A DNA stretch of 64,000 bases, from the NCBI GenBank assembly GCA_965226495.1, contig OZ245365.1, positions 640,001 through 704,000 of the forward strand, given 5' to 3'. Position 1 is the first letter of the stretch, and each line of letters opens with the position of its first letter. Source of the DNA: Candidatus Marinacidobacterales bacterium (GTDB taxonomy: Bacteria; Acidobacteriota; Vicinamibacteria; Marinacidobacterales; DATDRI01). The notes beneath the pieces were generated by a model, which had not been told where the DNA came from, ran no database searches, and worked only from the letters and a program-made list of their open reading frames with translations. A program made the translations under genes and the position numbers. Below, piece after piece: positions 9,501-20,600 of this stretch.

Positions 9501-12500
9501 GACGCTTCCGGCATGGGAGGAGTGCGTCGACGCCACCACGGTGGTCCTCCCCTCGTGTCACGACGTCTATACGTCAAGCTTGACGGCGGACGATCGGAAT
9601 GAGATTGGTATCGCCTACGCGGATACCGATTTTGTCGATCACGTCCTCATCCAAGGTGCCAGTACGGATGCCGATCACTTCATCACGCTGACCGCGGATG
9701 CAGGTAATCGTCACCTCGGAATAGCGAACGGCGGCGTGGTTCTCGATCCTTCCTCTACGAACGACCATGCCATCGAGGTGTGGACCGATTACACGCGCGT
9801 CGAGTGGCTCGAGATTACCGGCTGGGAAGGGAACAGCACAGAGGCTGTTCGCATCGACGCGGACTTAACCGAGTACGAGTTCTTGCTCATCCATGGGGGT
9901 CCGGAGACTAGCGACTCCGAGCAAGACGGGATTTACGTGGGTTCCAATCCTAACAGTTACACTGCGACGATTCGAAACACGATCGTCTACCGCGTCCCAA
10001 GAGCGGGAATTCACCTACAGAACCATATGGCTGGCCCGAGTCTCACGCTGAACGTGGAAAATGTCACGCTTTACGACAATGGCTTCGTGGGGATCGACTT
10101 TCAGCGAGGCGGTTTGACCAACCGGGGAGAGGCGGGGGCGATCGCTACAATCAACGCTAAAAATGTTCTTTCAGTGGGGAACACGAACAACGACTACACC
10201 ACGATCGGCCCCGCAGCCTCATGGGGGAGCTCGGATAACAACTTGGATTCCGACGGGACAGCTCAGGGCACGAACCCTGTGAACTCGTCTGTCGCCGCGG
10301 TGATGTTCGTCTCCGATGTCCTAGGCACCGAGGATCTTCACATTCAACCCACGAGCAGCGCCGAAAACACGGGTGCCGATTTGAGCGGCTCCTTCTCGCT
10401 CGATATCGATGGGGGCACGAGGCCGGCGGGTCAATGGGACATTGGGGCGGACGAAGAGAGCGCTGCCGCGAGCTCACTCTCCTTGGCAAATCACGCTTCA
10501 GGCCAAGTCACGAATAAGTTTACCGGGGCTTCGCCCATCACGGACACGTGGTTTCAGTTCCGCCTGACTTCCTCGGGGACGGTCAACGTGGATGCCGTCC
10601 GTGTAGGATTCACGACCCTAACCGGTGTGTTGAACGGGGATGTTACCAACGGTGAGCTCTGGGAGGATACGAACGGAAACGGTACGTGGGATGACACCGG
10701 CGGCGGCGACACCCTCCTGGAGGGGAGCGTGACGCCATCCGGGGGAATATTGACTTTTAGCAACAACTTTCCGCCGGGCGCTGGCGGGACGAACTATTTC
10801 GTGAGGGCGAGCGTTGCCAATCTGGTGGCCGGTAATTCAACCGTCTTTTCGTTGGACAGTGCGGGCATCGACGAGGTGGAAGCGTCGGTGGGTGAGTCCG
10901 GCTCAATCACGAACGCTCTTCACTCGCAGAGTCTGAGCCCCTCGGTGAATTATCGTTCTGTTGGCACCAACAGCGCCATCCTCTATCAAGCGGGAACAGC
11001 CTCTATTTCGGCGGGCTCGAACGCCGTAACCTTCGGCGGTGGTGCCAGCCTACCGGTTCCGACGGCGATCGGTGCAGTAGGCCAAGGCGACAAGCTGGTC
11101 ATCGGAAGCGAGACGTTCTTCATTCTGTCCCGAGACTCGAACACGCAGGTTACGATTCAAGAGATCGCGGTGTCCAACCACGCGGGCGAAGCCTATACCA
11201 TCACTCGCGCCTACAACACATTGCAGGATTGGGAGGACGACTGTGTGGCGGTGCCGGGATGTCTGCCTACTTCTAGCGGTGGTCGAGGGGGCGACCTGGT
11301 CACGGACGATCGCTACGAGATCGGGGTTGCCTATAACGACGTGACGAGCGGTGCCTTCATCGATAATGACGCGGACGGAAGAGTGGTTCGAATTCTGGGC
11401 TCGACGGTGGATGCAACCCATCATAGGGACCTAACCGTCGCGGTGGGTCAGCGGCACAACGGAACGGCAGGAACGGGAGCGGTGGTCGACGGCCAAACGA
11501 CGACTGCTTTTCCCATCCAGGTGAGCGAGAACGACACTCGCGTCGAGTGGCTCGAGGTCAAGAACGGCTACGATGTCGGAGACGGCGGGAGCTCATCCCT
11601 GTATATAGGCAATGGAGCCAGTAGTGTCACGAATGTCGTGCTGGAGTACATGCTGGTCTACGATTACGCCCTGAACTTCAACGCCGGCGCCAGGCCCAAC
11701 AGCGGCGGAGGGAGCGACAGCTTCACTGTGCGCAACTCCATCTTCTATAACGGAGAGTACGGGGTGCGGAGCGTGCAGGCCGGCGACGTGGTGACGGTGG
11801 AGAACTGCACGTCGTACAACATGAGCAGCATTGGATACCACATAGGTGGCGGTGGTGTGATGTCCGTAACCAACTCCATCGCCACTGTCAGTGGCACCGC
11901 AGACTTCTCGGCCGGAATCACGGGTGATTACAATCTGGACCAGGACGGCAGTTCGGCGCCAGGGGCGAACTCGCTCCACGGCATGACGGCGGCTAGCCAG
12001 TTTGTCTCCATCACGCTAGGCTCCGAGGACTTGCATTTGAAAGTGGCAGCTAATGCTATCGACGCGGCGAATCCCACGCCCTTGTCCTTTTGCTGTGACA
12101 TCGATGGAGGGCCGCGCATTGGGAGCTGGGACATCGGGGCCGATGAGTTCGGAGCGGGAGGAGCCGGAGGTTGTGGGCCCGAACTTCAGCTGGCCGAAAC
12201 AGCGAGCTCGATCACTGTCACCGCCCCGAATAGCTTCGAGATGACCTTCGACTTACAGGCTGGGGGCGGGATTCAGAAGTTTTACGATCTCGCCGAGGAT
12301 CCAGGCAGAAACTACGACTTGGCCGGTTCGCTCGAGTCTACGACAAGTCCCCGAAGCCTTCACAACCTCGGCCTGCAAGTCGGTGGGAACTTTCACAACC
12401 TAGGGGAGAACGACGCTGGTTCGACGCTCTCATTGCTCGAGGCGACACCGACAAGAGTGCGTATTCGCCAAGATTCGTTCTACGAGGACGGCGACACTGC

Positions 12501-15500
12501 CACTATTCTGGTCGGTGCGAAGGGTCGGGGCGACTACAGTATCTACCCCTCGGGCCGCCTGGCTCTCCGTTGGAATCGCACGAATACCGCAACAGTCAAT
12601 TATGCGACGGAGATCCACGAGCTGGTGGTCCATGAGGCGGTAGCGCCCCTGGACAACTGGGGGAACTCCTCGAGTACCGACGATACCGATCCGAACCCAG
12701 GTACCGACAGCTTCGTTCTCGCCAAGAAGGATGTCGTCGGTGTCCGAACGGACTTCCTGCACATCATCTCTCAAGACTGGTCGACTGTAAATGGGCATCA
12801 GGACACCGCGGACGAAGTGGATTGGGCCTCATCCGGAGCGAACGAGCGGGTCGTCTTGTGGTGGGCCGAGACCGATGGGCTTTCGCTGAGTAATGGCGAC
12901 AGCGATTCCTGGAGCTTGCTCACGTACTTCAAACCCACGAATTTTGGAAGTACGCCGAACCCATGGCAAGACCCGGAGGTTACCGGACGGCGAGACGATT
13001 ACCGAGTGACCACCGGTTGTCCGACCTGCGGACCCGACGATCTGGCGAGTCCTGCAGCCCCTACCGCGGGAGCCGGCTGGTTCCATGCGAGTGAGAATAC
13101 GGTCGGGCCGAGTGACTTTTTCAACGAGTCGGAGGCCGCGTATACCCTGGACTTCGATATGGCGGCGGGGTTGACGTTCGACATCGATGGCGGGCTGGGC
13201 ACGCCGCCGGTTCGGTACTCACCGTTCTTCAAGATCCGTCAATGGCGCTCGTTCCAAGATCCCGAGACCGTGACCGTCGAGGGGACGACACTGAGCAATG
13301 ACGTAGACTTCAGGGCGGACGTCAAGCCCGTCTCCCGCGCCCACTTCGCGAGCGACCTCACCTGGTACTCGACGCTCCAGAGCGCGGCGGCCACTTCGGC
13401 GCCCGCGGTGGGCACGACGACGAGTGTCTCCGGCGCGATCAGCTTCGTGGGTGCCAGGTACGGCAGCGGCGCGTCGATCGACGCCAACGGCGACACGATC
13501 ACGTTCCCGGCGGCTCAGAATTTCAATGCGAGCGCGGGAACGCTGGAGTTCTGGTACCGCCCGAGCTACGAGTGCCAGCCAGCCCCGGGGACCTGCGACG
13601 GTACAAAGCACGTGTTCTGGCACATGGAGCAAGTCCCGACGGACTACTTTGCGTTTCGCAAGACGACGGGCGACACGCTCCAGTTCGAGACGCGCAATAG
13701 CTCGAGTGGTATCACAACCACCAAATCCGTCGCGCTCGCGAACTTCGGGTGGAGGGCCGAGGACTGGGTGCACCTGCGCGTGACCTGGGACTCCACGGCC
13801 CCCGTGGCGAGCGACCGGCTCATGATCTACGTGAACGGAGTGGCGCCCACACAGTCGATCGCCGGCGGACCCTTCAACGGGGCTGGCCTAACAGTCGGTC
13901 CGAACTACATCGGCACGGACTCAGGTGGGGGGAACCATGCTTCCGGTATCCTCGACGAGCTCCGAGTCTACAACACGGCGAATGCGCCGACGCCACTCGC
14001 TCACGGGGGGCTGACGTCGAGCGCAAACGAGTACTTGGCGAGCACAAGCCAGAACTTCCAGCTCGCGTTCGATGGGGTGGACGTGGACCGGCGCGGTGAG
14101 TACGCGTACTTTGGCGCGGACTCGCAGTTCCGTGGTCTGAACATAGGTCTGAGTGTAGTGGGAACGGGTGTGGGTGCCGGCGATTTGGTGTGGGAGTACT
14201 GGAACGGAACGACGGGTGCCTGGGATGATCTGGAAGCGGTGTTGAACTTCACCGACGAGACGGATTCGCTGACGAAGTCGAACGGTACGGTGTACTGGGA
14301 GGATGACCCCGCAAACTGGGCAGAGTACTCGGTGAACGGAAGTCCGGACCTCTTCTATGTACGGGCTCACCTGGTGAACGGAGCTAGTTACGGCACGCCA
14401 CCAACCGAGGCTTTGATAAAGACCGACATTTTGTTGTTCCAGTACTGCAGCGATATTACTCAGGCCGCGCAGACGTTTAGCTTTGCCGTGCCGCTCGCGA
14501 CGGCAGTGGAGCTCGTGTCGTTCGAGGCTCTGCCGCTCGACGGCGCTGTGGCCTTGGAGTGGAAAACCGGCTCGGAGCTCGACAACCTGGGCTTCCATCT
14601 TTACCGGGCAGAATCTGAGGAAGGCCAGTACACGCGAATCACGACGAGCGTGATACCCGGCCTGGGCTCCTCTCCGCAAGGAGCCACGTACAACTATCGT
14701 GACTCCGGGCTGTCCAATGGCGTGACCTACTACTACAAACTTGAGGATATCGAAACGACGGGGGCGAAGGAGTTTCACGGTCCGGTGTCAGCGACACCGA
14801 CGGGAGAAGTTGCAATTGAGGACGATCCTGAGGGTGAAGACGGAACCGCGGGAGGCGGCACGTCCGGCGAGGAAGAACTTGGTGAGCTCTCGTCCCGGAT
14901 CACCTACGGAGATCCCTCAGCGAACGAGCTCCTGGTCCGCCACCGCGGGAGGAAGTGGATGGAGCTGACGCTTATCACCGAAGGCTTCTACGCCATTCCT
15001 CAAGAAGACGGCTCGGTACTCCTCGAGGTCCCGGGCTTCGAAGACTTCGGGGGTCCGGACTTGCCGGATGTCCCCGCGTACCGTACCTGGCAAGACGTCC
15101 TAGCTGGCCGCGACGTGAAGTTGGCCTCCGTGAAGACCGATGGGGTGGCGGAGTTTGCAAGCCTCCGTCCCAGCTCTTCGGAACTAATTGTCATTGCTTC
15201 CGGAGACGGCACGGTACAGACCGGCCGTCGGCGTAAGAAACGGCGCAAGCCGTCCCATGTTTACTACCCCGAGTCCTGGGCTAAGCTGATGAGTGTGGGC
15301 TTCCAAGGTGCTGCGAAGAAAGCCTTAGTCGAGATGGCTCCCCTTAGATGGGATGCGACGGCTGAGAAACTGGTCCTGGCCCGGCGCCTCGTGGTCCGCA
15401 TCGCGTTCAAGGGAAAAGACAAGGCGGAGCTGCAACTCGGCAAGAGCCACCGAGAAGTGGGAAGCCACGCGAACCGGAGCGTCTACGCCCGGATAGCGGT

Positions 15501-17490
15501 GACGGGGCCTGGCCTCTATGGGGTGAGCTACGAGTCGGTATTCGGCCAAATAGGTAAGACGAGAAAGGCCATCAAGACCAGCTCTTTGAGGCTGAGCCGT
15601 CAGGGCGAGCCGGTGGCGTTTTTCGTGAGCCCGAACTCGAAGAAGTTCAAGAAGAAGTCGGTGCTGTACTTCCTGAGCGATGGTGCGGACTTGAACCCCT
15701 ATGGCCATGAAGCGGTCTACGAGCTCGAAGCCAGCCAACAAGGACTCCACATGGAATCCCTGAACGGAGCTCCGGTGGGAGCCCCGACCACCTTCTACTG
15801 GAAGACGGTGGAGCGGGAAGAGAATCTGCTCTACCAGGCTGCCTTTGAGGGCGAAGAAGACATCTGGCAGTGGGATTGGCTGTTCGGCCCGATGACGAAC
15901 GGCTACCCCTTCGAAGTCACGAACCTGTCGCCGGTGGCCGAAAACTCGAAACTGAGAGTGTGGCTCCACGGAGCGAGCGATTTCCCCGAAGATCCGGACC
16001 ACCACGTCAGACTCTACATAAACGGGATTCTCGTTAATGACACGTGGTGGGACGGCGAGACGCCTCACTTCGTCGAAGCGGAGCTGGGTCCTGGATTGCT
16101 CCTAGAGGGTGAGAACACTCTAGAAATAGAAGAAGTGGGGGACACGGAAGCTCAGTACTCGATGGTGATGCTGGACCGTTTCGAGGTGAGCTACCCATCG
16201 CAACTAATCGACGAACTGGACGGAAGCTTCACCCAATCAGGGTTAGCCATCATCTCCGGCGGAGCAGGACACCTTTTCGACGTGACGGAGGCCCAACCGA
16301 AACGCTTGAGCGGAGTGCAAGCAACTCAAGACGGATTGAGCTTCGGTGCGGCGTCGGCCCATCGCTACCTGTTGGCGAGTTCGGTGCTGACTCCAGAGGT
16401 AAGACCGGCGCAGTCGACGGGTCTGAAGAAGGCGTGGAGTCGAGCGGAGTACCTGGTCATCGGTCCAAGGGAGTTCCTTGATGCTGCGGAGCCTCTGCTG
16501 GCCCACCGGAGAAACGAGGGTTTGATCGCAGGAGCGATTGCGACGGAAGACATCTTCGAAGAGTTCGGGTATGGAGAAGCGACACCGGAATCGATCAAGG
16601 ACTTCCTGAGCTATGTGTACCACCACTGGAGTGAGCCGACCCTGCGGTACGTCGTCTTACTAGGAGATGGTACCTACGATTTCAAAGATTACCTAGCGAC
16701 GGGCGTTGCGAGCTATGTCCCAGTGAAGATCGTGGAGACTCGCTACATGTGGACGGCGTCGGATCCCTGGTATGGCGCGATCAATGGAGATGACATCCTA
16801 CCGGACGTCGCCATAGGGCGACTTCCAGCTGCATCGGTCGGCGAAGTGCAAGCGTTGGTGCAGAAGATCCTCGACTATGAATCCGGCGAAGCAGATCCCG
16901 AAGCGCCCATCGTGCTCATTACGGATAATAACCCGGACGTGGCGGGAAACTTCGACGCGGACGCGGAGGAGCTCGCGTCGACCGTACTGAAGGACGAAGA
17001 CCTCGAGAAAATCTACCTCTCGGAGCTAGGGGCAAGTGGAGCTCAAGGCGCGATCTTGAGTGCCTTCGATCAAGGTGCGTCTCTGATGAGCTACATGGGT
17101 CACGGAGCGATTCACTTGTGGGCTCAGGAAAACTTGCTCGATATCTGGCAAGTGGGTTCCCTGGCACCACAGTCGCAGCAACCGCTCTTATTCACGATGA
17201 ACTGCCTGAACGGCTACTTCCACTTCCCGTACTTCAACTCTCTGTCGGAGGAGCTGCTGAAGGCGGAAGGCAAGGGCGTTATCGCCGCGTTCTCACCAAC
17301 GGGGCTAAGTCTGAATAGCCCGGCACATCGATTCCACAAAGCGCTTCTCCAGCAAGTCGTGCATAGTGAGCATGAGCGACTGGGCGATGCGATACTCGCC
17401 GGCCAGACAGGCTATGCACAAACGGGAGCCTTCCCCGAGTTGCTCACCATCTATCATCTACTAGGTGATCCTGGTCTGAAACTCCGTTAG
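6544..17490 (+). CDS. Giant modular secreted protein 2 (~3650 aa): signal peptide, CPR-type domain, ConA-like domain, delta-60 repeats, two beta-helix modules, Ig-like, X, LamG, Y, Ig/FN3-like, C25 propeptide, C25 peptidase
   Basis: ORF 6442..17490; start more likely ATG 6544 or 6559, downstream of the sigma54 box, giving signal-like RLVMISVLAVVFATVTTEA. QPDGKI.V.G…RYN.DGSLD.SFG repeats at ~8050-9230; WDIGADE module ends; YMGHG and MNCLNG catalytic motifs. Confidence 0.85.
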   Translation: MPRINMKTTARMPGMPRLVMISVLAVVFATVTTEAESPHAGDLVSSSGERDLTRGVLAFNANKSVYLPTETAYLQMGVVDEDGRTICDAELDLTVTTPTGEVDTLSTENGRIRRNPECGPDNVIEAPDYFAYYATRTTGTYDVALTSRTLDGVKETRNSFEVREDRPFDIERIGPSRVYPVADYRMQLRVKANQGYQGTLREYVPSGFVIRDHRLRVKSHGRAQFAPIDRPLSNHETSDGRMALTWKDIALTPGDELEVTYTFNTPNTSPEFYLLGGVELADFVEARSWQIAVDSTAVFDTFTETVDTPITAHTPDTGSGWTTVFDDTGGTEAEISETTDIFQASQIQNNVGQAYTAQPTPTTVNQNVSITLKVLDTTSSDRSVGIFARRADNSNFYHVQILPNAHTNPSITLYKFEGGVPTILGTFDAILAVGTVIKLEVRDVTKKVFVDGVERISSSDNSLTAAGTWGVYFGNFNGAGIGGDIRGTWDLDDFLAEDGNFPDPQSCARITTIGAGDEQAFDMIVQPDGRFILVGYSNNGSDEDIALARYHPDGRLDLSFDGDGIRTDDIGTSNERARAVALQSDGKIVVAGYTDDPGNEDWFVARYDTDGSLDPSFGGGIVTTAISGLQDRPAALAIQPDGKIVVSGYGVAGGDDVAVVRYNTDGSVDPTFSGGIVTTDVAVTDRANDVKIQSDGKIVVGGTTTIAGDRAFLVIRYNSDGSPDNSFGASGVVTTQVPLSDEFGEGLDIQPDGKIVLGGFTDNLTGDFMVARYDSNGTLDSTFGTGGIVTTDILGGDDDADDLLLQPDGKILVAGYAHNGLNQDYGIVRYNSDGSLDTSFGTGGKVTTPIGSLDDNSEASALLPDGSFIVAGFSANGSDSDFSWARHNPDGSLATGCGVVNYRSIGTAGNYTDGTGVAATSGSTVVTGIAAATWKTSNRGRGDLITIDGVPYTVLSVDSETQLTLTSPYTEVTGSGKAYTIARKFTTLPAWEECVDATTVVLPSCHDVYTSSLTADDRNEIGIAYADTDFVDHVLIQGASTDADHFITLTADAGNRHLGIANGGVVLDPSSTNDHAIEVWTDYTRVEWLEITGWEGNSTEAVRIDADLTEYEFLLIHGGPETSDSEQDGIYVGSNPNSYTATIRNTIVYRVPRAGIHLQNHMAGPSLTLNVENVTLYDNGFVGIDFQRGGLTNRGEAGAIATINAKNVLSVGNTNNDYTTIGPAASWGSSDNNLDSDGTAQGTNPVNSSVAAVMFVSDVLGTEDLHIQPTSSAENTGADLSGSFSLDIDGGTRPAGQWDIGADEESAAASSLSLANHASGQVTNKFTGASPITDTWFQFRLTSSGTVNVDAVRVGFTTLTGVLNGDVTNGELWEDTNGNGTWDDTGGGDTLLEGSVTPSGGILTFSNNFPPGAGGTNYFVRASVANLVAGNSTVFSLDSAGIDEVEASVGESGSITNALHSQSLSPSVNYRSVGTNSAILYQAGTASISAGSNAVTFGGGASLPVPTAIGAVGQGDKLVIGSETFFILSRDSNTQVTIQEIAVSNHAGEAYTITRAYNTLQDWEDDCVAVPGCLPTSSGGRGGDLVTDDRYEIGVAYNDVTSGAFIDNDADGRVVRILGSTVDATHHRDLTVAVGQRHNGTAGTGAVVDGQTTTAFPIQVSENDTRVEWLEVKNGYDVGDGGSSSLYIGNGASSVTNVVLEYMLVYDYALNFNAGARPNSGGGSDSFTVRNSIFYNGEYGVRSVQAGDVVTVENCTSYNMSSIGYHIGGGGVMSVTNSIATVSGTADFSAGITGDYNLDQDGSSAPGANSLHGMTAASQFVSITLGSEDLHLKVAANAIDAANPTPLSFCCDIDGGPRIGSWDIGADEFGAGGAGGCGPELQLAETASSITVTAPNSFEMTFDLQAGGGIQKFYDLAEDPGRNYDLAGSLESTTSPRSLHNLGLQVGGNFHNLGENDAGSTLSLLEATPTRVRIRQDSFYEDGDTATILVGAKGRGDYSIYPSGRLALRWNRTNTATVNYATEIHELVVHEAVAPLDNWGNSSSTDDTDPNPGTDSFVLAKKDVVGVRTDFLHIISQDWSTVNGHQDTADEVDWASSGANERVVLWWAETDGLSLSNGDSDSWSLLTYFKPTNFGSTPNPWQDPEVTGRRDDYRVTTGCPTCGPDDLASPAAPTAGAGWFHASENTVGPSDFFNESEAAYTLDFDMAAGLTFDIDGGLGTPPVRYSPFFKIRQWRSFQDPETVTVEGTTLSNDVDFRADVKPVSRAHFASDLTWYSTLQSAAATSAPAVGTTTSVSGAISFVGARYGSGASIDANGDTITFPAAQNFNASAGTLEFWYRPSYECQPAPGTCDGTKHVFWHMEQVPTDYFAFRKTTGDTLQFETRNSSSGITTTKSVALANFGWRAEDWVHLRVTWDSTAPVASDRLMIYVNGVAPTQSIAGGPFNGAGLTVGPNYIGTDSGGGNHASGILDELRVYNTANAPTPLAHGGLTSSANEYLASTSQNFQLAFDGVDVDRRGEYAYFGADSQFRGLNIGLSVVGTGVGAGDLVWEYWNGTTGAWDDLEAVLNFTDETDSLTKSNGTVYWEDDPANWAEYSVNGSPDLFYVRAHLVNGASYGTPPTEALIKTDILLFQYCSDITQAAQTFSFAVPLATAVELVSFEALPLDGAVALEWKTGSELDNLGFHLYRAESEEGQYTRITTSVIPGLGSSPQGATYNYRDSGLSNGVTYYYKLEDIETTGAKEFHGPVSATPTGEVAIEDDPEGEDGTAGGGTSGEEELGELSSRITYGDPSANELLVRHRGRKWMELTLITEGFYAIPQEDGSVLLEVPGFEDFGGPDLPDVPAYRTWQDVLAGRDVKLASVKTDGVAEFASLRPSSSELIVIASGDGTVQTGRRRKKRRKPSHVYYPESWAKLMSVGFQGAAKKALVEMAPLRWDATAEKLVLARRLVVRIAFKGKDKAELQLGKSHREVGSHANRSVYARIAVTGPGLYGVSYESVFGQIGKTRKAIKTSSLRLSRQGEPVAFFVSPNSKKFKKKSVLYFLSDGADLNPYGHEAVYELEASQQGLHMESLNGAPVGAPTTFYWKTVEREENLLYQAAFEGEEDIWQWDWLFGPMTNGYPFEVTNLSPVAENSKLRVWLHGASDFPEDPDHHVRLYINGILVNDTWWDGETPHFVEAELGPGLLLEGENTLEIEEVGDTEAQYSMVMLDRFEVSYPSQLIDELDGSFTQSGLAIISGGAGHLFDVTEAQPKRLSGVQATQDGLSFGAASAHRYLLASSVLTPEVRPAQSTGLKKAWSRAEYLVIGPREFLDAAEPLLAHRRNEGLIAGAIATEDIFEEFGYGEATPESIKDFLSYVYHHWSEPTLRYVVLLGDGTYDFKDYLATGVASYVPVKIVETRYMWTASDPWYGAINGDDILPDVAIGRLPAASVGEVQALVQKILDYESGEADPEAPIVLITDNNPDVAGNFDADAEELASTVLKDEDLEKIYLSELGASGAQGAILSAFDQGASLMSYMGHGAIHLWAQENLLDIWQVGSLAPQSQQPLLFTMNCLNGYFHFPYFNSLSEELLKAEGKGVIAAFSPTGLSLNSPAHRFHKALLQQVVHSEHERLGDAILAGQTGYAQTGAFPELLTIYHLLGDPGLKLR
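10432..12180 (+). repeat. Ig-like + beta-helix module shared with gene 3 (~20772-22529)
   Basis: Offset ~10340; 11081-11342 is nearly identical to 21421-21682. Confidence 0.85.
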
Positions 17491-17508
17491 TCGGGTTAAA
17501 TTAAAAGT

Positions 17509-17526
17509 CGAGGGGAAATCCCCACC
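17509..17526. promoter_or_regulatory. Putative enhancer palindrome CGAGGGGAAATCCCCACC
   Basis: GGGG-N4-CCCC core; 100 bp upstream of the sigma54 box. Confidence 0.5.
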
Positions 17527-17608
17527 AAGCTCGGCGATTCACCCTCAGTCGTACCCCCCAGAAGCTCCCTGCTTTCAGTGATATAGGTGAGTTTCCACCA
17601 TCGACTTC

Positions 17609-17624
17609 GGGCATCGTTCTTGCA
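17609..17624 (+). promoter_or_regulatory. sigma54 promoter GGGCATCGTTCTTGCA for giant gene 3
   Basis: GG(17610)…GC(17622) spacing is correct. Confidence 0.6.
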
Positions 17625-17642
17625 AGATCGGTGGGAATTCCT

Positions 17643-20600
17643 ATGACCAATTGCAGCTCGAAATCCAGGCGACGGGGCCTCAGTACGTCTGGCCTCCTCG
17701 CGCTAACCCTCATCTGGAACCTTTTCGCGGCGGCAACCTCCGATGCCCAGTCGTGCGCAAAGTTGACGCAGATCGGGACTGGTGTTGATCAAGCCTTCGA
17801 CATGGCCGTCCAGCCCGACGGCAGGTTCATTCTGGCGGGTCACACAACCGGTGTCGATGAGGATATCGCTTTAGTTCGCTACCACCCGGACGGGCGTTTA
17901 GATCTCAGTTTCGACGCAGATGGCATTCGGATCGACAACATCGGAGTAGGAAGCAACGAGCGAGCCCGCGCCGTGGCTCTCCAGTCGGATGGGAAAATTG
18001 TCGTCGCCGGATTCACCGATGACGCGGGAAACGACGATTGGTTCGTCGCGCGGTACGACACCGACGGGAGCTTGGACCCGAGCTTCAGCGGCGGGATCGT
18101 GACGACCGCGATTACCGGGGTCCAAGACCGTGCCGCTGCGATAGCGATTCAAGCCGACGGGAAGATCGTAGTCGTGGGTTTTGGCGGGATTGGCGACGAA
18201 GACGTTGTCGTGGTGCGCTACAACACCGATGGGAGCGTGGACCCGAGCTTCAGCGGTGGGATCGTGAGCACGGACGCTGGCAGCGGCGATCGCGTCAACG
18301 ACGTCAAGATTCAGGCCGACGGAAAGATCGTGGTGGGCGGCAATACCAACCTTGCTGGAGATAAGGCGTTTTTGGCTGTGCGTTACAACGGCGACGGTAG
18401 CTTGGACACGTCCTTCGACGTCGACGGAGTTGTAACCACCCAGATCTCTGCAAACGCTGACAACGGCGAAGCACTGGATATCTATCCCGACGGCAGGATT
18501 GTGTTGGCAGGTTTCTACTTCGATGGACTGGACGAGGACTTCGCAGTCGTGCGTTACAACAGCAACGGCAGCTTGGACACGTCCTTCGACACCGACGGCA
18601 TCGTAATTACCGACTTTAACGGTAACGACGACAATGCCGACGATCTCCTACTGCAGCCCGACGGCAAGATATTGGTGGCCGGCTACGCCCATAACGGGAT
18701 TGATCAAGACTACGGGGTCGTCCGATACAATTCCGACGGCAGTCTGGATACCTCCTTTGGCAGCGGCGGCAAAGTCACGACGCCGATTGGCGGTCTAGAC
18801 GACAACTCCGAGGCATCGGCCCTTCTGCCGGACGGCAGTTTCATCGTGGCAGGTTTCAGCGACAACGGCACCGATTTCGACTTCTCGTGGACCCGATACA
18901 ACCCGGACGGCAGCGTGGCCATGTCGTGCGGGGTCGTCAATTACCGCTCGATAGGAACCGCGGGAAACTACACAGACGGCACCGGCGTCACCGCTACCAA
19001 CGGTTCGGTGATCGTTACCGGTGCGGCTACAACGTGGAGGTCTTCGAATCGCGGTCGTGGGGACCGCATCACGATAAACGGCGTACCTTACACGGTTCTC
19101 TCGGTCGACTCCGAGACTCAGCTCACGTTGACCGCTCCGTTCAACGGAGCGACCGGCTCCGGCAAGAGCTACACGATCAGCCGCAAGTTCTCGACGCTGC
19201 AGGGGTGGGAAGATTGCATCTCCTTCGGCACCGTACCAGCGGCGAACGTTGCACTGAGCGATGGGTGGTTCACGGGGTTGGGCGCCTATACCGTCCCCGC
19301 CGGTACCGACAGGGTCCTCGTATTTGCAACCAGCTACGAGGATAACGTATCCACCTACCCAATCATCAGCGACGTGACGTTCGGCGGGGTGTCCATGACG
19401 CGCGCGGTCCAGGCACAAGTCGTTAGTGTGGGAACCGCCAATAACTCCGAGATCTGGTATCTGAAAGACACCGATATTCCGGCGGGAAGCAACTCCTTTG
19501 TCGTCGTGTACGATGTTTCTCCGGACGAGGCGGAGCTCCACGGCTATGCGCTTTTTACCAAGGTCGATCAAGTGAGTCCCATCCTAGATTTTGATTCCGC
19601 AACCACTACTTCGGGTGATGTGGTCGGTCCGACCCCGGCGTTCAACGTTGCCCAAGGAGGCATGGCGGTTGCGAGCGCCGCAAGCGGGAAGGACGGAAAC
19701 TTCAGTGACGGTTCATGGGGAGCCGGTTGGGTAGAGGGGGCAGATCAGCAAGACGGCATTCCTGCGATGACGATGGGAACCGCCAATACGTCGAGTGCCT
19801 ACGGAGCCGCCGGTACAGACACTGCCACTGCCACCTATGTTTCCGGTGCCAATCGCCAGGTCATCGTGGCCGCTAGTCTCAACCCGGCCCCACAATCTTG
19901 TGAGGGTGTTTTCAGCGCCAGCTACATTGCCGACGATCGGTCTGAAGTGGGGATTGCTTACAACGATTCCATCGTTCCCACGGATGCCGACTTCACCGCC
20001 GCGGTTTCGATGGTCGGCTCGGTGACCGATGCCGGTCATGACATCACGCTTACCGCCGATGACGGGAATCGTCATTATGGTCTGCAAACACAAGGGGTCC
20101 TCATCGACAACGGCTCCTCCGGGGCTGACACGATCAGTATCGACGACGACTTCGTCACCGTGGAATGGCTGGAGGTCTTCAAAGGAGGCGGGTCGTCCGA
20201 CGGGGTCTCGGTTCAAAATCAAAGCGCCTCGAATCAGATCGTGATCCGAAACATGTTGATACATGATACCGGGTCGAGCGGTATCTCGTTATTGGGCACC
20301 ACTCCGATCGTCGACGTTTACAACAACTTTGTCTTCCAAACCGGTTCCCGTGGGATTGCCATTCTTGGGAATCCGACCGCGACGATCCGGGTTCTCAACA
20401 ACACGGTGTATAGCAATCCGAACCAGGGCATCGAGGCCGCGTTCGCGGGCGTTTATCCGAATGTGCTCCTTCGGAACAATATCTCCCATACCAGTGGACT
20501 GGATGACTTTAAGGTGGCCGGTTTTAACCCAGCGAGCAGCCACAACTTGGCGAGCGACATGACCGGCACCACACACAGCAATCCTCCGGGCACAGGACAG

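Noticed and set aside
17655-17690. Tat signal (SRRRGLS) in giant 3
   Set aside because: Lacks the FLK part of the consensus; genes 2 and 4 have no such motif; a basic Sec n-region explains it.
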